A stretch of 64,000 bases of DNA from Octopus vulgaris (taxonomy: Eukaryota). The position numbers and the translations under genes are program-made. The stretch spans positions 8,804,001-8,868,000 of the forward strand of contig CATOCA020000001.1 of the NCBI GenBank assembly GCA_951406725.2, read 5' to 3'. Every line of letters starts with the position of its first letter. Position 1 is the first letter of the stretch. The notes beneath the pieces are model-generated. The model did not search any database, was not told the origin of the DNA, and was given only the letters and a program-made list of their open reading frames with translations. Shown here piece by piece: positions 14,309 to 32,760 of this stretch.

Positions 14309-14545
14309 TCGGGTTGGTGCATAATTATTTGCAGCTATTTTTCAACAAATATTATTCAACAAAAACAATAAAATATTTATCAAAAACATCTTTACATGAT
14401 CGTCTATCAAGCGAATGGGAAGTAGTTATTGAAGTAGATGGTGAATGTGCTCCGGAATAATCATTTAAAGATGTTTTGTTACATGTTATTGTTTTTGTTG
14501 AATAAACTTTGTTGAAAAAGCCGCAATGATTATGCACCAACCCAA
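14309..14545 (+). mobile_element. Mariner-derived MITE
   Basis: TIRs (T)GGGTTGGTGCATAAT(T/C)ATT..GC.GCT resemble Hsmar1/MADE1 ends. TA follows the right end. Short remnant of transposase C-terminus (..EWEVVIEVDG..). Confidence 0.8.
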
Positions 14546-14550
14546 TATAT

Positions 14551-14611
<61 letters not shown>

Positions 14612-15399
14612 CACACAAGTCGGACGGCGGATGGAACAACGGTTTGCCTATTGATGAGAGAATCGGATGTGAGGACATCTGGATGGAACTCCGCTTCAGA
14701 GAGCATCGTGCGGTGTGTGGAGGGAGAGAAAGGGACGGAGCGACGGCGAGTGATGCCTATTATTAAAAAGAGTGAGAATAATATAAAATAGTGTTTATAA
14801 CACATTATCGATAAAGATCGAACATTGATCAATGGAATTAGTACAGATTGCGACTCCACGTCACTGATTCGTTTTTTATTTCGCTTTTTCACATTTCCAA
14901 TTCTTTACTTTTCCTTTCACTCTGCCTGCAATCATCACACAGTTTGCATGGTCGCTGGAGTGGAAGTGGCTTAGAGGTTAGGGGTATTCGGCTTAGATTT
15001 GGGGGGATATATTAATATATGCTGAGGTGGGAGAGAGAGGATTTTCTAAGTTCCCTTAATTTTTATATGAGTGACAACACAAAACTTTGATATACTTGGC
15101 TGTTATTTCTAGCATCACCTAGGTTCACCAATTGTATATTATTCCTCCGGATGCTTCTTAACGTCTCCTTCAATCTTTCATGAAAAACAATGCAGAATAT
15201 AGTGTATTGAACTGTTATTTCTACCATCTTACCCGACCACCTGTAGGACAATATGTTTGATAGACGCTTCGTCAAGTGTCCTGCTTTTATAAAATAAAAA
15301 CTTTAGGAATTTCAAGGTGTTTGGTTGCTGTTTCACGAATGATGCGAGACAATAGAGAGGTGAGATTCTTTTATAAAAGTCGAAATTGTTTTGGGAGGG

Positions 15400-15463
15400 A
15401 AACAATGAGATTAAGGGAAAGAAAGAGAGTGAGAGAGAGAGAGAGTAAAAAGAAGGAAAGAAT

Positions 15464-15505
<42 letters not shown>

Positions 15506-16330
15506 GAATGAAAAGAGAAAAAAAGAAGGAAAGAAAGAAAAGAGCAAGGAAGGAATAAAGTAACGTGATTCTGTAATAATGCATGAAATGGGAGCGGGGA
15601 GAGAAAAAGAAAGAAAGGAAGGCTGGAGGGAAGGAAGGAAGAAGGAAGGAAGGAAAGAAGGAAATAAGGAATGAAGGAAATAAGGAAGTAAAAGAAGGAA
15701 GGAAAGAATGGCAGTAAGGAAAGAAAGAAGGAAAAAGGCAGTAAGGAAAGAAAGAAAGAGAGACAGAAACAAAGAAAGAAAGAAAGAAAGTAGAAAGGAA
15801 AGAAAGAAAGAAAGAAAGAAAGAAAGGAAAGAAAGAAAGAAAGGGAGAAATAAAGGAAGAAAGGGAGAAAGTAAGAAAGAAGGGGAAACAGAAAAGAAAG
15901 AAGGTTAGAAGGAAAAAGAGGGAAAGATAGAAAGAATGAAGGAAAAAAAGAAAAAAGAAAGAAAGAAGGAAAAAAGAAGGAAAGAAAGTGAGAAGGATAA
16001 GAGCAGGGTGAGAGGGAGAGAGAGAAAAAGGAGACAAGGAAAGGAAACGAAGCAACGACAGAAAAAAGAAAGGAAGAAAAATGAAAGACGGATTGAAGAA
16101 GGAAAGATGAGAGGGAAGAAAGAAAAAAAGAATGAAGGGTAAGAAGAAGGAAATGAAAAACAGAAAGTAAACAAAGAAATAAGGAAAATAAAGGAAGGAA
16201 GGAAAGAAAGAATGAGAGAAATGAAGGAAGAAAGAAAGAAAGAAATGAGGGAAATGAAGGAAGAAAGAAAGAAACAAACAAACAAAGAAACAAATAAAGA
16301 AGAATGAAAGAAAGAAAGAAAGAAAGAAAA
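15400..16330 (+). repeat. Polypurine (GAAA/GA)n tract
   Basis: Directly visible. Confidence 0.95.
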
Positions 16331-16331
16331 A

Positions 16332-16482
16332 AAAGTGTGTGTATACGAAGAGCCTCTTTCAGTTTCCGTCTACAAAGTCTACTCTTAGGTCGACCCGAAG
16401 GTATAACAGAAGACATTCGGACAAGGCGCCACGCAGTGATACCGAACCTGGAACCATACGGTTGGGAACCAACTTTCTTACC
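16332..16482 (-). mobile_element. Degenerate partial SINE family A
   Basis: tttcagtttccgtctac...gccacgcagtga.accgaacc..gaaccat matches the family A 5' half. Confidence 0.7.
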
Positions 16483-17406
16483 GTAAAGCCCTGTCTGTAA
16501 TTTTAGTTGATAAAACAAATCAAATCTTCGGATACATGTTTCTGATAGTTGAACTTTCTGCTCCACATGTATTCATGGAGAGAAGGAGGCGTGAAATATT
16601 TCACGCTATGGCTGTAATATCGTTTCTTTTAATTCAGCTGACATCCATCTCGATAATCTTTCGTTTTAAGTATTCACGCGCTGAAAGAAAGAATACAGAA
16701 AAATCTGCAAACCAAATAAATTAAATGTGATTTCTTTTCAAAGTGAAATATATTCCAAAATTGCTAATTGATTTAAGATATGGCTGAGGGTACTCTGCCT
16801 GTTGTTTCTAGCTCAAAGAAGGTCGCATCTATGGAAAGAGAAGGAACGTGTCTCCATGGACTTCACCATCTGCATTCAGGATGGGAATAAAAAGACAATA
16901 AACTGAAAAGCAAAAACAATGTCGATATGTGGTACCTGGCTGTTATTTCTAGCATGATGCGAGGCTAAGCTTAGGAGAATATCCTTAACGTTCTCTGACG
17001 CTTCATCAGAGCGAACGATTTGCACGAAACTTGTTTAAACAGGTGAATTAAGTCTGACCCTCTTCTAAGTGCTGTGTATTGCGTCACCGAATGGAAGCTT
17101 GGCCGCATCCACAAAGGGAAAAAGGATGAAGAAACGCGAATGCGCGTTGACTTGTGATTTCAGTTGCTGCAGCATCCAACCTATGATTTGTATTGAGATG
17201 TAAGTGTGAACGATTGGAACCAAATGCAGCTGAAAGGCACGAGGAATTCTGAAACTTTCATTATTACACCGGATCGATGTATTTAATTATTTAATTAATG
17301 ATTAATTACAGACTTACTCTATGTATGTGTGTCCGCGCGTGTGTGTGTTTACATTTTATTAAACCCCATGGCTTCACGACCAGTGTTTGGTTGTTTACGT
17401 CCCTGC

Positions 17407-17545
17407 GGTCGACTTTGCCTTTCATCCTTTCGGGGTCGATAAATTAAGTACCAGTTACGCACTGAGGTCGATGTAATCGACTTAATCCGTTTGTCTGTCC
17501 TTGTTTGTCCCCTCTATGTTTAGCCCCTTGTGGGTAATAAAGACA
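17407..17545 (+). mobile_element. Partial SINE family B
   Basis: Reverse complement of 6888-7025. Confidence 0.85.
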
Positions 17546-17609
17546 GAGTAACTTAGTCGTTTGGCAAAAGTTACCGACAGAAGTATTATGCACGCACGCA
17601 CACACACGC

Positions 17610-18430
17610 AGGAAGGAAGAAAGAAAGGGAAGTAAGAAAGAAAGAATGGAAGGAAGGAAGGAAGAAAGAAAGAAGGAAGGAAAGAAAGAATGAACGAATG
17701 AACGAAAGAAAGAAAGAAAGAAAGAATGAGAGAAACGAAGGAAGAAAGAAAGAAAGACAGAAGGGAAAAAAAGAAAGAAAAAGGAAAGAAAGAAAATAGA
17801 AAGAAAGAAAGTAACTTAGTCGTTTGGCAAAAGTTACCGACAGAAGTTTATTATGCACGCACGCACACACACGCACATGCTGGAGTACTCCCTTCAATTG
17901 AAATTCCTGATAAGTTTACTCCAGCCTGGCCGCTGTGCAATGACTGAAGCCCTTAAAAAAACGTAAGGTCTCAATGAAACACTCCTTTCTTCTTCCCTAA
18001 ACATATTCGCCAATTTCGAAAGACTTCAATGAATTATTTACATTAAAACAGATTTGGAAATGAAAGAATGACAGAAAGGAAAGAAAGAAAGAAAGAAGGA
18101 AAGAATGAGAGAAATGAAGGAAGGAAGAAAGAAAGGAAGTAAAAAAAAGAAGGAAGGAAGGAAAGAGAAGGAAGAAAGAAGAAGAAGAAAGAAAGAAAGA
18201 AGGAAAGAATGAGAGAAATGAAGGAAGGAAGAAAGAAAGGAAGTAAGAAAGAAAGAATGGAAGGAAGGAAGGAAGAAAGAAAGAAGGAAAGAAAGAAAGA
18301 ATGAACGAATGAACGAAAGAAAGAAAGAAAGAAAGAATGAGAGAAATGAAGGAAGGAAGAAAGAAAGGGAAGTAAGAAAGAAAGAATGGAAGGAAGGAAG
18401 GAAGAAAGAAAGAAGGAAAGAAAGAAAGAT
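17610..18430 (+). repeat. Polypurine (GAAA/GGAA)n tracts
   Basis: Directly visible. A ~60 bp block (agtaacttagtcgtttggcaaaagttaccgacagaagt) is duplicated at about 17547 and 17810. Confidence 0.9.
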
Positions 18431-18819
18431 TTGGAAATCTTCACAGATTTTATTTCACAAAACAGAACCTGATACAGTTTCAGGCAAAAAGGGATGCAAG
18501 AAGAGTTACTATCCTTACCGTTCGCTCCTCCCATCTAATTATCTAATTCACCTTGACTCCACCCATTTCATTTATTACCTCCTACCCTTCCTCTATTTGC
18601 AAATATATTCATCGTCCTCTCTCTCTCTCTCTCGCTCCCTCTTTCTCTGTCTCTCTATCTCTTTCTATTCTCTCATCTCATTATTTATTACAGAATCCTC
18701 CCACTCTCTTCTTTTCCGTCTTAACCCCGCCCCCGTTCTCTACCTTGCTAGACACATATAGCAGTTTGTTTCAATCCCCCCTCTCTCTCTCCCATTCGTT
18801 CTTTCTCTCTCTCTCTCCT

Positions 18820-19720
18820 CCTCCCTTACTCTATATATCCTTCTATATCACTCCGTCACTCTTCTTTCTCTCTCTCTCTCTTTCACTCTCCCTCCCTTCA
18901 TCTCTCTGTCCGTCTTCCTTTCTCTCTCTCTCTCTCCCTTACTCTATATATCTTCTATATCATCAGTCACTCCCTCTTTCTCTCTCTTACCTCATGCTCT
19001 CTTTCTCTCCCTCCCTTCCTCTCTCTCTCCGTCCTCCTTTCTCTCTCTCTCCCTCCCTTACTCTATATATCTTTATATATCACTCCGTCACTCCCTCTTT
19101 CTCTCTCTTACCTCGTCCTCCTTTCTCTCTCTCTCCCTCCCTTACTCTATATATCTTTATATATCACTCCGTCACTCTTCTTTCTCTCTCTTGCCTCATG
19201 CTCTCTTTCTCTCTCCCTCCCTTCCTCTCTCTCTCCGTCCTCCTTTCTCTCTCTCTCTCCCTCCCTTCTCTCTCTCTCTCAGTCCTCCTTTCTCTCTCTC
19301 TCCCTCCCTTACTCTATATATCTTTCTATATCACTCCGTCACTCCCTCTTTCTCTCTCTTGCCTCATGCTCTCTTTCTCTCTCCCTCCCTTCCTCTCTCT
19401 CTCCGTCCTCCTTTCTCTCTCTCTCCCTCCCTTACTCTATATATCTTTCTATATCACTCCGTCACTCTTCTTTCTCTCTCTTGCCTCATGCTCTCTTTCT
19501 CTCTCCCTCCCTTTCTCTCTCTCTCCGTCCTCCTTTCTCTCTCTCTCCCTCCCTTACTCTATATATCTTTCTATATCACTCCGTCACTCTTCTTTCTCTC
19601 TCTTTCTCTCTCCCTCCCATCCTCTCTCTCTCAGTCGTCCTTTCTCTCTCTCTCTCTCCCTCCCTTACTCTATATATCTTTCTATATCACTCCGTCACTC
19701 TTTTTTCTCTCTCTTTCTCT
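18820..19720 (+). repeat. Minisatellite of about 8 units with core CCCTTACTCTATATATCTTTCTATATCACTCCGTCACTC
   Basis: Core recurs roughly every 85-170 bp. Confidence 0.9.
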
Positions 19721-19864
19721 CTCCCTCCCTTTCTCTCTCGTCTACCAAAACACGTCAATCATCTTCTCCCTCTTTGTCTCCTTTCTCTCAGCCTCTCATT
19801 TTCAACACACCTCCGCCTTCCTTTCTATATTACCTCATTCTCTCCTCTTGCATCAAATATATAT

Positions 19865-19910
<46 letters not shown>

Positions 19911-20227
19911 TTTTGTTTCTCTTTCTCTTTATGTCTCTCTTTCTCTCTACCTTACTTTCTCTCTCTCTCTTTTTCTTTGTCTCTCTCTTTCTCTCTTTCA
20001 TTCTGTCTCTCTTTTTCTCTCTTCCTTTCTTTCTCTCTCTCTCTCTTTCTCTTTCTCTCTCTCTTCCTCTCCCTCTCTGCCATCTTCGTTTCTATGTCAC
20101 ATCTCTCTCTCTCTCACTCCCTCTTTCTCTCACTTTGCTCATTATACATTAATGCCGATTCCGTTGGTTTCACTTTCTCTTTCTTTTCCTCTCTCTCTCT
20201 TTCTATCTTTCTGTCTCTCTCTCTCTG

Positions 20228-20259
<32 letters not shown>

Positions 20260-20439
20260 CTTGCACATTATACGATAATGCTGTTTCCTTATGTGTCACT
20301 CTCTTCTTTCTTTCTTTCGTTCTTTCTTTCTGTCTGTCTGTCTCTCCCTCTCTTTCTCTCTCTTTGCACATTATACATTCATGCCGATTCCGTAGGTTCC
20401 ACTTTCCCTTTCTTCTTCTCTTTCTCTTTCTATCTGTCG

Positions 20440-20473
<34 letters not shown>

Positions 20474-20492
20474 GTCTCTCTCTGTCTCTCTC

Positions 20493-20538
<46 letters not shown>

Positions 20539-20583
20539 TGCACATTATACGATAATGTCGTTTCCTTATGTGTCACTCTCTCT

Positions 20584-20615
<32 letters not shown>

Positions 20616-21363
20616 TCGTTCTTTCTTTCTTTCCCTTCCGCTTTCTTCCTCATTATATCTTACCCTTTCCATCTTCCTTTCTTTTTATTTCTGAGACGCT
20701 ACTTTCTTTCTAATAAATTATATTTTCAACTTTGCCTTAATTTTTTTTCTCTAGTTTCTGTTGAGTAGAAACAAATAAATCATGTAACTAATGATTAATT
20801 ACATAATTAATGTGTAATTCATAATTGAAGTAATTAAATAGTTCAATCAGTGATTGAAAATTTATGAAACATTTATAAAAAGAATTGTCCTATAAATAAT
20901 TTCCCATCACGCTAGAAATAACCACCAAGTACACGAAGATATGCGTTGCTTTTGATAGAAAATTGAAAGGCACTTTAAGAGGGGTTTGTAGTCAGCCCCA
21001 AACACAAAACAAGGGACTTCATATTCTCAGAGTCTAATCCTTCATTTTTTATATAAATGAAAGGCAGTTACGATGAATTTATGAAAGAAACTCACTTCTA
21101 TAATGTCTCGCATCCTTCGAGAAACATCAACCAAGGGACATCGGATCTGCGATGTTGTTTCATATAAAAAAGGATATTTGATGTAGCGTCTATAAAATAA
21201 TAATGAAGCTTGATAGTTTACCATTCCTTATGTGAGCTTTGGCTGTGATATCTAGCAGTTCCAGAGGTCTTGTGCAGATTGCAGAAAAGAGGGAATTAAA
21301 GAGTAAGAACCGGAAGTGTAAAAAGGCGAAATTCTAAATGTCAAAAGTCAAACGAATCAGTTA

Positions 21364-21743
21364 TACTCTTTACTCTCTCTTTTACTCTTTTACTTGTTTC
21401 AGTCATTTGACTGCGGCCATGCTGGAGCACCACCTTTTAGTACTTATTCTATCGGTCTCTTTTTGCCGAACCGCTAAGTGACGGGGACCTAAATACACCA
21501 GCATCGGTTGTCAAGCAATGCTAGGGGGACAAACACAGACACACAAACACACACACACATACATATATATACATATATACGACAGGCTTCTTTCAGTTTC
21601 CGTCTACCAAATCCACTCACAAGGCTTTGGTCGGCCCGGGGCTATAGCAGAAGACACTTGCCCAAGATGCCACGCAGTGGGACTGAACCCGCAACCGTGT
21701 GGTTGGTTAGCAAGCTACTTACCACACAGCCACTCCTGCGCCT
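21364..21743 (-). mobile_element. tRNA-derived SINE family A
   Basis: Near full-length copy with an internal deletion. Confidence 0.9.
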
Positions 21744-22350
21744 ATATGTTATGTGTAGAAGTGTTCGATATTTATTGATAATGTTTTCTAAATAGTTCGA
21801 TCTCTTATTTACATTGAATTCTAATTGGATATCTTCAGAGTCTGCGCAGTAAAACAGATTTTATTTAACACAACGGAAAGTAATACAGTTGAAAGCAAAA
21901 AGGGATGCAAGAAGAGTTACTACCCTTGGTTCGTCTGTCTTGTTTCCTCCCACTCCAATATTCCTCACCTCTCACTCTCCCTCGCTTAAGACAACGCCCT
22001 TTCTCTTTCTTTAACACTCCCACCTCATTATATAATCCAATAAGACTCCGCCCCTTTTACTTTCTTTATTACCTCTTACTCTTCCTCTATTAATATATTT
22101 ATTCGTTCGCCATCAATTTCTCTCTCTCTCTCTCTCTCTATCTTTTATCTGTCCCTCCCTCCCCCCTCATTATATGCTTCCTCTCACTTGTTCTCACTCT
22201 CCCTCTCTTTCACCTTTTCTATCTCTCACTTCTCCCTCTTTCTCTCCTTCCTCTCAGTAACTCATTATTTATTTATTTTAACCACTCCGCCTCCCTTGCA
22301 ATATCGCTCACCTCATCCTCCCCCTCACTCACCAAACATATATATATCAG

Positions 22351-22394
<44 letters not shown>

Positions 22395-22939
22395 ACTGCA
22401 TTACTTAATATCCTATCACTCCTCCTCTTTTACTTTCACTCTTGCCTCATACTTTCCCTTTTATGCAAATCTTATATTTCACTCCCTGTCTGACTTCTAT
22501 TTCTCTCTCTCACTTTCTCTCTCTCTTTCTTTCACTCTCTCTCCCTCTCCCCCTCTCTGCCACCTTCATTTCTCTCTCTCACATCCCTTTCTCTCTCTCT
22601 CCCTTTGTCTGTATGTCTCTGTGAATATCTGATTCTCTCTCTCTCTCTCTCTCTCCCCATCTAGTTCTTCCTCATGTTTTCTCTCTCCTTCTCCTTCTCT
22701 CTCTCTCCTTCTCCTTCTCTCTCTCTCCTTCTCTCCCTCTCTCTTCCCCCTCTATATATTAACACTTCGCCTTTTTCTCTTCGTCTCTCAACTCATACTT
22801 TCCCTCTCTACTCAAAACATTTTCTTCTATTTCGCTCTTTCTCTCTTCCTCTCCTTCTTCCTCTTTCTCCCTCTCTCACCTCCTCCTCCATTGCAGAATC
22901 ACTTCACCTTTCTTTCTTCCTTTAGTTTTTTCTCTATTC

Positions 22940-26830
<3,891 letters not shown>

Positions 26831-29800
26831 ATTGCGTTTGAGTCGACCCTCCTACATTCTGCTGAATAAGAATTATATAGACAGATATTTACAGAAGGGG
26901 GTCATATTGAGCTGGGGGTCACTAGTTTCCCTGTATATTTCGTTTACCAGGGAATCCAGAAAAGTCAGACGGGACCTGGCTGTATTGCGGCGAGATTTAC
27001 CAAACCCTCGTGATTCAATATGATGCAGCTGGATTTTCTGTTGAGTGAATGTCAGTGAACATGCAAATATTTTACATTGTAGAAAGGAGAATTCGAAACT
27101 GAAACTCCTCAATAACTCCATTCATTTTAGCAACGCCATCTTAGAAGTGACAGCTTGTTTTTTATCGGTTAGTCCTGTCTTACCTATAAAAGTAAGATCA
27201 TTTCCTCTGTCCCTCAGCCGATTGCACGTTCTACATCACACACTTCCATTAAACATTCTTTGATTACATTATCAGATGAATGACATATATTCACAGAATC
27301 TTGTGTAGCTTCACCCAAAAAAACATAAGCCTTTTGTTCCTGCTGAGATTTCATTTAATATTTTCTTCTTTAAGTAGATAACTTCTTGAGTTATTTCTAT
27401 AATTTCAGAGTATTGACATCTGTCGTTTCTTTATAGATGCGGAACCTTGTATAGCATCCAGATGGTTCTTAACGAGAATGTTATATTTGAGCCAACTTGC
27501 TCCGATATATTCCCTCTGCTTAAACCTTTTTGTCTCTCATCCTCCATAAATATAAAATTGGGTTTACCATTCTGTCTAATATTATCGCTTTATTTCCCAC
27601 CCATTCCAAATGAACGAGACAAAATTAATCCCTTGTATATGTATCGGAATGCTGTTTATTCTGATGTGCTTACTAGAGCAGCGACTCCACTGCCACTTAA
27701 TGAGTCTCTTCTGGTATAAGAACCGATCTGCCATTCGAGGTGTGGTGTAGCGCCGTGTAGCACGGGGTTACGCAGTTTTGAGTCATTCAATGTGGATTAT
27801 CACTTGTAACGATCGTTGTCTTTTCCGTCAATATCGTCTTCTCTTTCTTCAGCTCTGACCAGGGCTTTCGCCCAGTTACGGTTTCTGTAGATTGACCAAA
27901 GAGTACCACGAAGACGTCCACTGACTCACATTCTGGCAATTAACACCGTCCTTCGTTCCCGGACAAACACGAAGACGAAGGGTGCTGCAGACAGCTTAAT
28001 ATACCGGATAATGCAATATCCAACTGAAATCCGCGGTTCCTGCCACCTGCCCAAATCTCAGATCAGGTTCACCGGTAACCAGCTCTTGTGTGAATGTTCG
28101 TGTGTTATTCTTGCCGTCGACACATTTCGGTGCGTTACCATTTTCACCTGACAGATACAGTAAGAAAACCTCACGGATAAACACCAAAGCGTGAGATTCT
28201 TCTAACAAAGACTGAAAGTGTTCTTTCATCGGGGTCGGCAGCAGGTGACAGAGATGTATGTGAGATCATTTCGATGGAAATCAGCATCACAGATCCTCAT
28301 CTGAGGGTGGAGCAGACGTTGGGGACCTACGATTTTGCTCCTTTCGCGTTTGTATTGCGTTTCTTCCATAGCGGAATCAATGCCGTTATGAGCCAAATTC
28401 GAAACGTGCAAGAAAGAGGTAGAAGTCTTCGTCGCTTGACTGACGGAATCCGGGACCTCGGCAATAGACTTGGTGAGCAGAGCTAAAAAGTAGAAGCCAA
28501 TTCTTCGGATAAAACTTAAATCGGTGCACTGCGCTACATCGCAATTCTTAGTGTGGGATGGTGTAATAGATCGAAATTGCTACCTTTTCTACTAAATACA
28601 TCACACCAAACTGTAAAGTCATGTCGTATGCCGACGTCATTTTAGTGTCGAACGTTCCAAACGAACTGTCCTCCATATGAGTTACAGTTTCATTTTTGTG
28701 GAGGACGAAAACATTTACTTCCCTCCGATCTGCGTGACGTCGCTTGATGAAACACAGTGTTGTGCGGTGTAATGGGGAGAAACGTAGTATAATCTTCATA
28801 GTCATTTTGTTTGTGAGGTGAGATCCTAGAGATGACAGTGTGCTTGCTGTTCGTCACTTCAAACTGCAAATCTAACAGTATGTAAAAATCATTTTCGACT
28901 CGATCTCTCCGAAGGAAAGGGAGTTAGCGAGATTGGCGGTTAACAGTTTCGTTGGATGACCAAGAGGAGAATATCAGTGTTAGACCGCTGGTCAAGGGGT
29001 TTGCATGAAACACAAATACACAACTCGGATCGGTGCCTCCGGGATTAGCCAGGCAGGGTGGAAGATGGCAATATGTTGGCGGCGACAGGACGCAGAGATG
29101 CACGCGGCCTCCCCACTCGCTACCAGCCGTTTATTTTCCGTGTTTGGACATAAAAACAGCTAGAAAGTACATACACAGAAGGTGTCCGTCGGCAAACTGT
29201 TAGACATCGGAGGGTGAGAGAAAGAGAAGGAAAGCTCGATATTTGATGGGCGATTCAATACTGCTCCCTTCACATGGTTCAATTACCGAAATCGTCTCCA
29301 CTTCCTAATAAACGTGGCACATTCGGCCGTTAAGCAAAGAAAAATGACCCCGAAGTCGGCTGCACCCATCAGATGTTACTCTGTCCACTTTCATTTCAGA
29401 CATCAGTCCGCACATTCAACTCCATTTCCTGCCCCGATTCCAATTTCGATGGGGCTCACCGCTGTTGCTGGATGTTTCGCTCTCTCCCTTGTGTGTCCCT
29501 GTGTCATTTCTTCCTTTGATTCGCTTACTGTTATCATTGTCCGATAAACACACTAAGCAGTTTATCTCGCGGGCGTCGACAGACATCCACTTTTTCCTAC
29601 TGAATTCAAACGAAGAAAACGTAAATATTTGCCGTTGTCATCGTCCGATAAATATAATATTCCATCAGTTTCACTGTCCCTTTTACACACCCGCTTTCAT
29701 TTTTGTTGCCCGATCCGACCGACGAAACTGCACATCTGTTGAAGTTTACTGTAAGGAGCAGCCACTTTGACGGTGACTGTTCTATATCAATTATGAATAT

Positions 29801-30069
29801 GTGGGGCGCAAATAAATGCGTTGTTCCCCGCTGTCTCCTCGAATCTCCGACAATTCGCCATTTTTGTCGAATGAATGGCAGGCAGCCTATTTCTCTTGGT
29901 GCCTTCTCCCTTACGCCTTCTCTCTAGCATCAGTTCGCTTCCTGGGTTGTCATAGTGAGGCCTAAATATACACGCAACTTTCCGTCTCTCATTCTCTTTT
30001 CCTCAAGCTGTCCCTCGCTCACATCTATCTCCTCATCGCGTTCTGTTCCTCTTTCTCACTGCTACTTTC

Positions 30070-30109
<40 letters not shown>

Positions 30110-31249
30110 CGGCTCTTCGACAGATTACTGCCACCGATCACATCAAGTTGTGTGTCTATGTGTCATTCACAACTCTCGAACTGTATTCCGCTGTGGATTT
30201 GCTTGTTTTGGATTTGAACTGAAAGTGAAGTCACCTCCATTAAGGGCATTTTGATTATAGCTTCATAGCTTTTCAACTACAAGTGGCACATTTCAGTCTG
30301 GAAGAAACTGTCGTCCAAATGATTAACTTCCACCTTTATTAGGCGAGTAACGACGGGCCACGGTTTCAAAAGAACACACGGGCTTGTGTGTCAGCGCTGG
30401 GGGAACGAGAGGAGAATGACTTTTAGCAGTGGCAGAGAGCGGTCTTCCCACACGTCACCCACCGTCCACATTCCTCCATCAAGTGAGCAGGCGAATGACT
30501 AGCATGGGTCAATAATGCACGCGTGCACAGCGATCTGTCGGAGTAGAGCTTCGGGTCGGCCGCTGGGAAGTGGCATGAGACTTCGTGCGCATCCTCTTCA
30601 TAATCGACCCAAACCATCCAATATACTACGGTCAACCTGAGACAGCTTAATATGCCCTTGTATATGTATCGGAATGCTGTTTATTCTGATAAATTGCCAT
30701 TTAATGAGTCGCTTCTGGTATAAGAACATGTTCCAACGCTACCAACCCAAACGGGAAGCCTCACAAATTTGTCTGGTCAGCCGCAGGAGAAGGGTGCTTA
30801 ACTACGAATTCGTCAGTCGATTCCAGAACGAAGCGGCTTGTCTGACGTGGCGTGAGAAACGTCTGCATTTCTATCTTCCTTCAGCTACTAATGTAAGCAA
30901 ACCCACTGAATGACTAACTGCAAGACACATGCACACACGAGTGTACAGCTAGCGATCCATCTCATCAGAGATGAGGTTATGCTATCGGACAAAAGGTAGA
31001 TTGCGTCTTTATAGCTCCACCCAAACCTCAGAGCCGTCTTCACCCGACCGAAAGGCGACAATTACTGTAAAAGTAGTTGTCCACCTACAGATCACATGTG
31101 CCCTAAGCCTCGGCTCCTTGAAAGGTCAACAGCATAAAATGAGTAAGAAGCTGGTTCTCATTGTTAACAGCGTGTAGATCGGTGACAGAAATATCTGGTC
31201 AGTGGTGGAAAATTGAGAAAGATGCACAGGTATCTCTAGGAAATTCAAC

Positions 31250-31896
31250 TGTGGGGAAATGGTACCGGTCTTTGCGATCTACCATGTGTTTAAGCTTTCT
31301 TAAATGAACGCTTGAATCTTTTATTTAAATAAGACACTTCAATGTTTTCTCCTTCTACAGACATTTTAGGTTTAAGTTGCCCAACAATGTCCGACAAATA
31401 TAATAATGTGTATAATGAATCTTCATTGTGAAATAAATCTGAATTTTATCCCAACGGGAATATTATGGCTTCGAGTTCTTACAATTGATTCAAATATTTT
31501 CTATTTGAGAGCCATCAGACTTTTGTTCTCAATAAAAGATTGCTAAAATTGGATACCAGTTTATCACAGAAGTAACTATTAAGAGCTAGAATTTTAATGA
31601 CGTTAATGATTTTAACTGTATCTTGTACCCGTGCGTTCAGCTCTGCAGAAATTTCATGAGATACAAACACTTCTCGGTGAATCATAACATATATGAAAGA
31701 AATAGGATTTCTTTTTCCTTTTACAGTTTTAACTTGAACTCCAATTTCCTTCCCTATCATAGCTATACCATTATTACATACTCTAATAGACGTAGGAGTG
31801 GCTGTGTGGTAAGCAGCTTGCTTACGTACCACATGGTTCCGGGTTCAGTCCCACTGCGTGGCACCTTTTGAGTGGATTTGAAAGAAGCACGTCGTA

Positions 31897-31953
<57 letters not shown>

Positions 31954-32760
31954 GTGTGTGTTTGTTTGTGTGTCTGTGTTTGTCCCCCCAACATCGCTTG
32001 ACAACCGATGCTGGTGTGTTTATGTCCCCGTAACTTAACGGTTCGGCAAAATAGACCGATAGAATAAGTACTAGGCTTACAAAGAATACGTCCTGGAGTC
32101 GATTTGCTCGACTAAAGGCGGAGCTCCAGCAAATGACTGAAACAAGTAAAAGAGAGAATACGGTTATAAAACCCAAGGCCTGCTTCTCTGAAACACAGTT
32201 TCCATCTAACAATCAACAATATAAATATTTCTGGACCCTATTCTATGTTACTATAGTTTGTAACTTTTGTCATTTCATTTAATTGAATTGCATGTTGAGA
32301 GACTTTTTAACATCTTCCAATAATTTGCTCTAATTAATCATCATTAATTTCTGAAACTAAATTACCAACGACAAACACACTTTCTTTTATTCATCCGCAT
32401 ACTTTTTCCATGAATAATTTCTTTTGTTTTAATTGCTGCAGGTGATACAGAGCCTTCACTGATGCGATATGTTGTCTGGTTTATATCTTCCGATTAATAT
32501 CTTCAAAAGATATCCTTAAGTATTTCACGCTGTCTATAGTGTGAATAACGTTCTCATGAGGTTGCTCCTCTGTACTGAAAGATTCCAATATTCTTTCTCA
32601 ACAATTCTATAGGCATACAGTTATAAAACGAATGTCTTGAAGTAAAAATGTTTTAATTTTTGTAGGCCTCATACGTAAAGACATCAAAGAATCATTTCAA
32701 ATTAAACAAACAGGTATTCTTTCAATATTTTACAAAGAAAAACCATAATATTTCCTTCTT
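31250..32760 (-). mobile_element. Decayed hAT (Buster/Charlie-like) transposase interrupted by a SINE
   Basis: Motifs MIHRE..., VKIINVIK..ALNS..LLLRTKV*WLS and FHNE....L.YLSDI. BED-finger-like remnant (PVCLI...M.P.K) near 32650-32730. Confidence 0.65.
31788..32155 (+). mobile_element. tRNA-derived SINE family A
   Basis: Head GGAGTGGCTGTGTGGTAAG..GGGTTCAGTCCC; tail GACTGAAACAAGTAAAAGAG. Confidence 0.9.

Noticed and set aside
21308-21320. ETS-like CCGGAAGT motif as a promoter
   Set aside because: Single short motif with no associated exon or other support.
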